A stretch of DNA of 64,000 bases from Gammaproteobacteria bacterium (GTDB lineage Bacteria > Pseudomonadota > Gammaproteobacteria > Eutrophobiales > Eutrophobiaceae). A program made the position numbers and the translations under genes. The stretch is taken from contig OZ271833.1 of the NCBI GenBank assembly GCA_965601665.1, positions 1,060,451 through 1,124,450 of the forward strand, written 5' to 3'. Shown here one piece after another: positions 61,509 through 64,000 of the stretch. Position 1 is the first letter of the stretch; every line of letters starts with the position of its first letter. The notes under the pieces are model-generated. The model was not told the origin of the DNA and did no database searches. It was given only the letters and a program-made list of their open reading frames with translations.

Positions 61509-63341
61509 TTATTCAACCGTTACCGATTTCGCCAGGTTTCTTGGCTGGTCAATATCTGCACCCTTGATGACAGCGACATAATAGGCAAGCAGTTGCAGCG
61601 GAATGGTGTATAACACGGCCGCCAAATCATCATAGTCTGCGGTTAACTTCACCGACACGAAACCATCGCTATTGTCAATATCACTATTACTATCAGCGAA
61701 AACATAGAGCTTGCCTCCCCTGGCACGGACTTCCTGTAAGTTGGATTTCAGTTTTTCCAGAAGATGATTATTGGGTGCGACAGCAATCACCGGCATATCA
61801 TCATCAACCAGCGCAAGCGGTCCGTGTTTCAATTCGCCAGCCGCATATGCCTCGGCATGTATATAGGAAATCTCCTTTAACTTAAGCGCGCCTTCCATTG
61901 CGACAGGTAACATGCTGCCACGACCAAGAAAAAGAGCATGGTGCTTGTCAGCAAAATCACTGGCCAGTTCGCGAATTTCATCCTCGTATCGCAGCATATG
62001 ATTTACACGACCCGGCAAGGCAAGCAGTTGCTGCACAAGTTCAGATTCCTTTTCTGTCGTCATCCCATGCTGTTTAGCCAGGGCAATAACAAACAGAAAC
62101 AGTCCCACCAGTTGCGTGGTGAATGCCTTGGTCGACGCAACGCCAATCTCAGGGCCTGCGTGTGTCAGGAAAACCAGTTCGGCATCGCGGGTCATTGAGC
62201 TCTCGGCCACGTTACAGATCGCAAGCGTGCTGATGAACTCGCTTTCATTTGCCAGATGCAACGCCGCCAGCGTATCTGCCGTTTCGCCAGACTGGGAAAT
62301 ACAAACAAATAATGTGTCTTCCGGTGTAACCGCATGGCGATAGCGAAATTCACTGGCAATCTCAACATCACACTTAATGCCTGCTATCTCTTCCAGCCAA
62401 TAAGCGGCGATCATTCCAGCATGATAACTGGTACCACAGGCAACAATTTTTACATTTTTGGTTTTAGCAAAAACTGTCTCTGCATTCTGACCGAACTCGG
62501 ATAGTACAACCTGGTTATCGTAAACGCGTGATTCCAGTGTTTCGGCTATGGCCTGTGGCTGGGAAAAGATCTCCTTGAGCATGTAATGCCGATAACCGGC
62601 CTTGTCTGCCACATCGGCATTGAGCTTGGAGATGTTGATCTCGCGTTCAACAACTTCACGCCTGGCATTGTATATTGTTAACCGTTCGCGACGAATGTCA
62701 GCAACGTCGCCCTCTTCAAGGAAAATAAATTGTTGGGTCACTGGCAACAACGCAAAGACGTCGGAGGCAATAAAGTATTCGCCAATACCAACACCGATTA
62801 CCAGTGGGCTACCTTTGCGCGCGGCAACCATCCTGCCTGGTTCAGATTTACTGATAACACCGAGTGCATACGCGCCGTCCAGCTGTTGTATGGCATCAAA
62901 TACCGCATTTAATAAATCATTCGTTTGCTGCAGGCTGGTATACACAGCATTGACGATAACTTCGGTATCCGTCTCAGAGGTAAATTCAAAGCCTGCTGCC
63001 TTCTGTTGCTCACGCATTTTTTCATGGTTTTCAATTATGCCGTTATGCACCAGCGCAACGGTGTCACGACAAACATGCGGGTGTGCGTTTCTTTCCTCTG
63101 GAATGCCATGTGTTGCCCAGCGTGTATGCGCAATACCGGTGATACCGTTTACCGGTGACTGATCGTACTTGTCATGTAACTGTTGCACCTTGCCTTTAAC
63201 GCGCAAGCGCAGCACAGCGTCACCTGAACCAAGCACTGCCATACCGGCGGAGTCATAGCCACGGTATTCGAGTCGCTTCAGACCCTCGAGTAATATTTTG
63301 CCCACATCACGTTCGGCAACTGCACCAACTATTCCGCACAT
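61509..63341 (-). CDS. glmS: glutamine-fructose-6-phosphate aminotransferase
   Basis: MCGIVGAV N-terminal nucleophile, two SIS domains and a C-terminal ...KSVTVE. Confidence 0.97.
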   Translation of the reverse strand: MCGIVGAVAERDVGKILLEGLKRLEYRGYDSAGMAVLGSGDAVLRLRVKGKVQQLHDKYDQSPVNGITGIAHTRWATHGIPEERNAHPHVCRDTVALVHNGIIENHEKMREQQKAAGFEFTSETDTEVIVNAVYTSLQQTNDLLNAVFDAIQQLDGAYALGVISKSEPGRMVAARKGSPLVIGVGIGEYFIASDVFALLPVTQQFIFLEEGDVADIRRERLTIYNARREVVEREINISKLNADVADKAGYRHYMLKEIFSQPQAIAETLESRVYDNQVVLSEFGQNAETVFAKTKNVKIVACGTSYHAGMIAAYWLEEIAGIKCDVEIASEFRYRHAVTPEDTLFVCISQSGETADTLAALHLANESEFISTLAICNVAESSMTRDAELVFLTHAGPEIGVASTKAFTTQLVGLFLFVIALAKQHGMTTEKESELVQQLLALPGRVNHMLRYEDEIRELASDFADKHHALFLGRGSMLPVAMEGALKLKEISYIHAEAYAAGELKHGPLALVDDDMPVIAVAPNNHLLEKLKSNLQEVRARGGKLYVFADSNSDIDNSDGFVSVKLTADYDDLAAVLYTIPLQLLAYYVAVIKGADIDQPRNLAKSVTVE

Positions 63342-63344
63342 AGC

Positions 63345-63866
63345 TTATTTTTTTTCGATATAGGTATCGTGACTCATGAATTTCTTTGATTCGTCCATGA
63401 TGAAGGGGTTGGCATCTATCTTTGCATGCATTTGCTGGTTAGGAGACAGGTTACCGGAAGCGGCGATCACTTCGATTTGTTTTCCTGCGCCCTCATTACC
63501 CTGTTGAGAGGCTGCAAAGTACCACTTGTAGGCTTCATAGATGTTCTTTTTTGTTCCCCTGGCAAAAAGCAGCATATCGCCATAGTTTTTTTGTGCATCA
63601 GAGTATCCTGCCGTGGCTGCTTTCTCATACCATTCCACCGCCTTCAAATAATCACGAGTTACACCAAATCCAAGGTAGTAAAGAATGCCCATGTAATTCT
63701 GCGCTTCAGCATCGCCATTTTGCGCCAGCGGCAACCAGAGTTTGCGTGCTGTTTCGTAATCGCCCTTTTCGAATGCCGCCTTTGGGTCGGTCTCTGCGCT
63801 ACAACCCGCGAGCATCAATACTGTCAACGCCAAAAATAGATACTTAGGAAGTGTGGTTATTGTCAT
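63345..63866 (-). CDS. Sel1/TPR-repeat lipoprotein
   Basis: Lipobox LAGC. Sel1-like repeats (GDAEAQNYMGILYYLGFGVTRDYLKAVEWYEKAA...). Confidence 0.75.
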   Translation of the reverse strand: MTITTLPKYLFLALTVLMLAGCSAETDPKAAFEKGDYETARKLWLPLAQNGDAEAQNYMGILYYLGFGVTRDYLKAVEWYEKAATAGYSDAQKNYGDMLLFARGTKKNIYEAYKWYFAASQQGNEGAGKQIEVIAASGNLSPNQQMHAKIDANPFIMDESKKFMSHDTYIEKK

Positions 63867-64000
63867 TACTGTGTCTCACGCTTTGGAAACAGGTAAGTGC
63901 CTGTCAGTATAGTTCTAAATAATACTTTATTTTCGACCTGCAAGTGACTGTTTTATATCAGGAGTATGAATGCGTTAAGCTATTTCTGTATTGTGTACCA

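Noticed and set aside
63966-64000. Possible gene start (AGGAG followed by ATG, then MNALSYFCIVY...) at the right-hand edge
   Set aside because: Only 11 codons are visible, which is too short to call.

Overview
This looks like a gammaproteobacterial chromosome segment, and most of it is conserved housekeeping gene blocks. Recognisable blocks: rpsP (cut at the window edge); pnp and rpsO; the initiator tRNA followed by rimP-nusA-infB-rbfA-truB; mrcB; adk; surE-pcm-nlpD-rpoS; argF-argD; dnaQ/rnhA with a YafS-like methyltransferase, gloB and mltD; aas; greB; apt; putP; thiC with a TPP riboswitch; tolC; and glmS. I saw no CRISPR array, transposase, integrase, phage genes or classical defence island.

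The parts worth a second look, in rough order:
1. A tandem array of 93-bp units derived from tRNA-fMet, lying between a promoter-like motif and the initiator tRNA that heads the rimP-nusA-infB operon (17.59-17.99 kb).
2. An AmmeMemoRadiSam locus in which Memo and AMMECR1 are fused into one protein (18.1-20.6 kb).
3. A FliK-like/FlhB-C-terminal-like gene pair with no other flagellar genes in the window (20.7-22.3 kb).
4. A tightly packed operon of a GT2 glycosyltransferase, a CX4R phosphatase-like protein, an MTA-nucleosidase-like protein and a spore-photoproduct-lyase-family radical SAM enzyme, divergent from SDR and CMD genes (45.8-50.1 kb).
5. A histone-H1-like Lys/Ala repeat protein (25.3-25.7 kb).
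6. A VWA / ECF sigma / anti-sigma module (5.4-8.8 kb).
7. A sigma-54 regulator / Hpt / hybrid kinase phosphorelay (57.2-61.4 kb).

All calls rest on reading the supplied translations and the DNA by eye. No database search or RNA folding was run.
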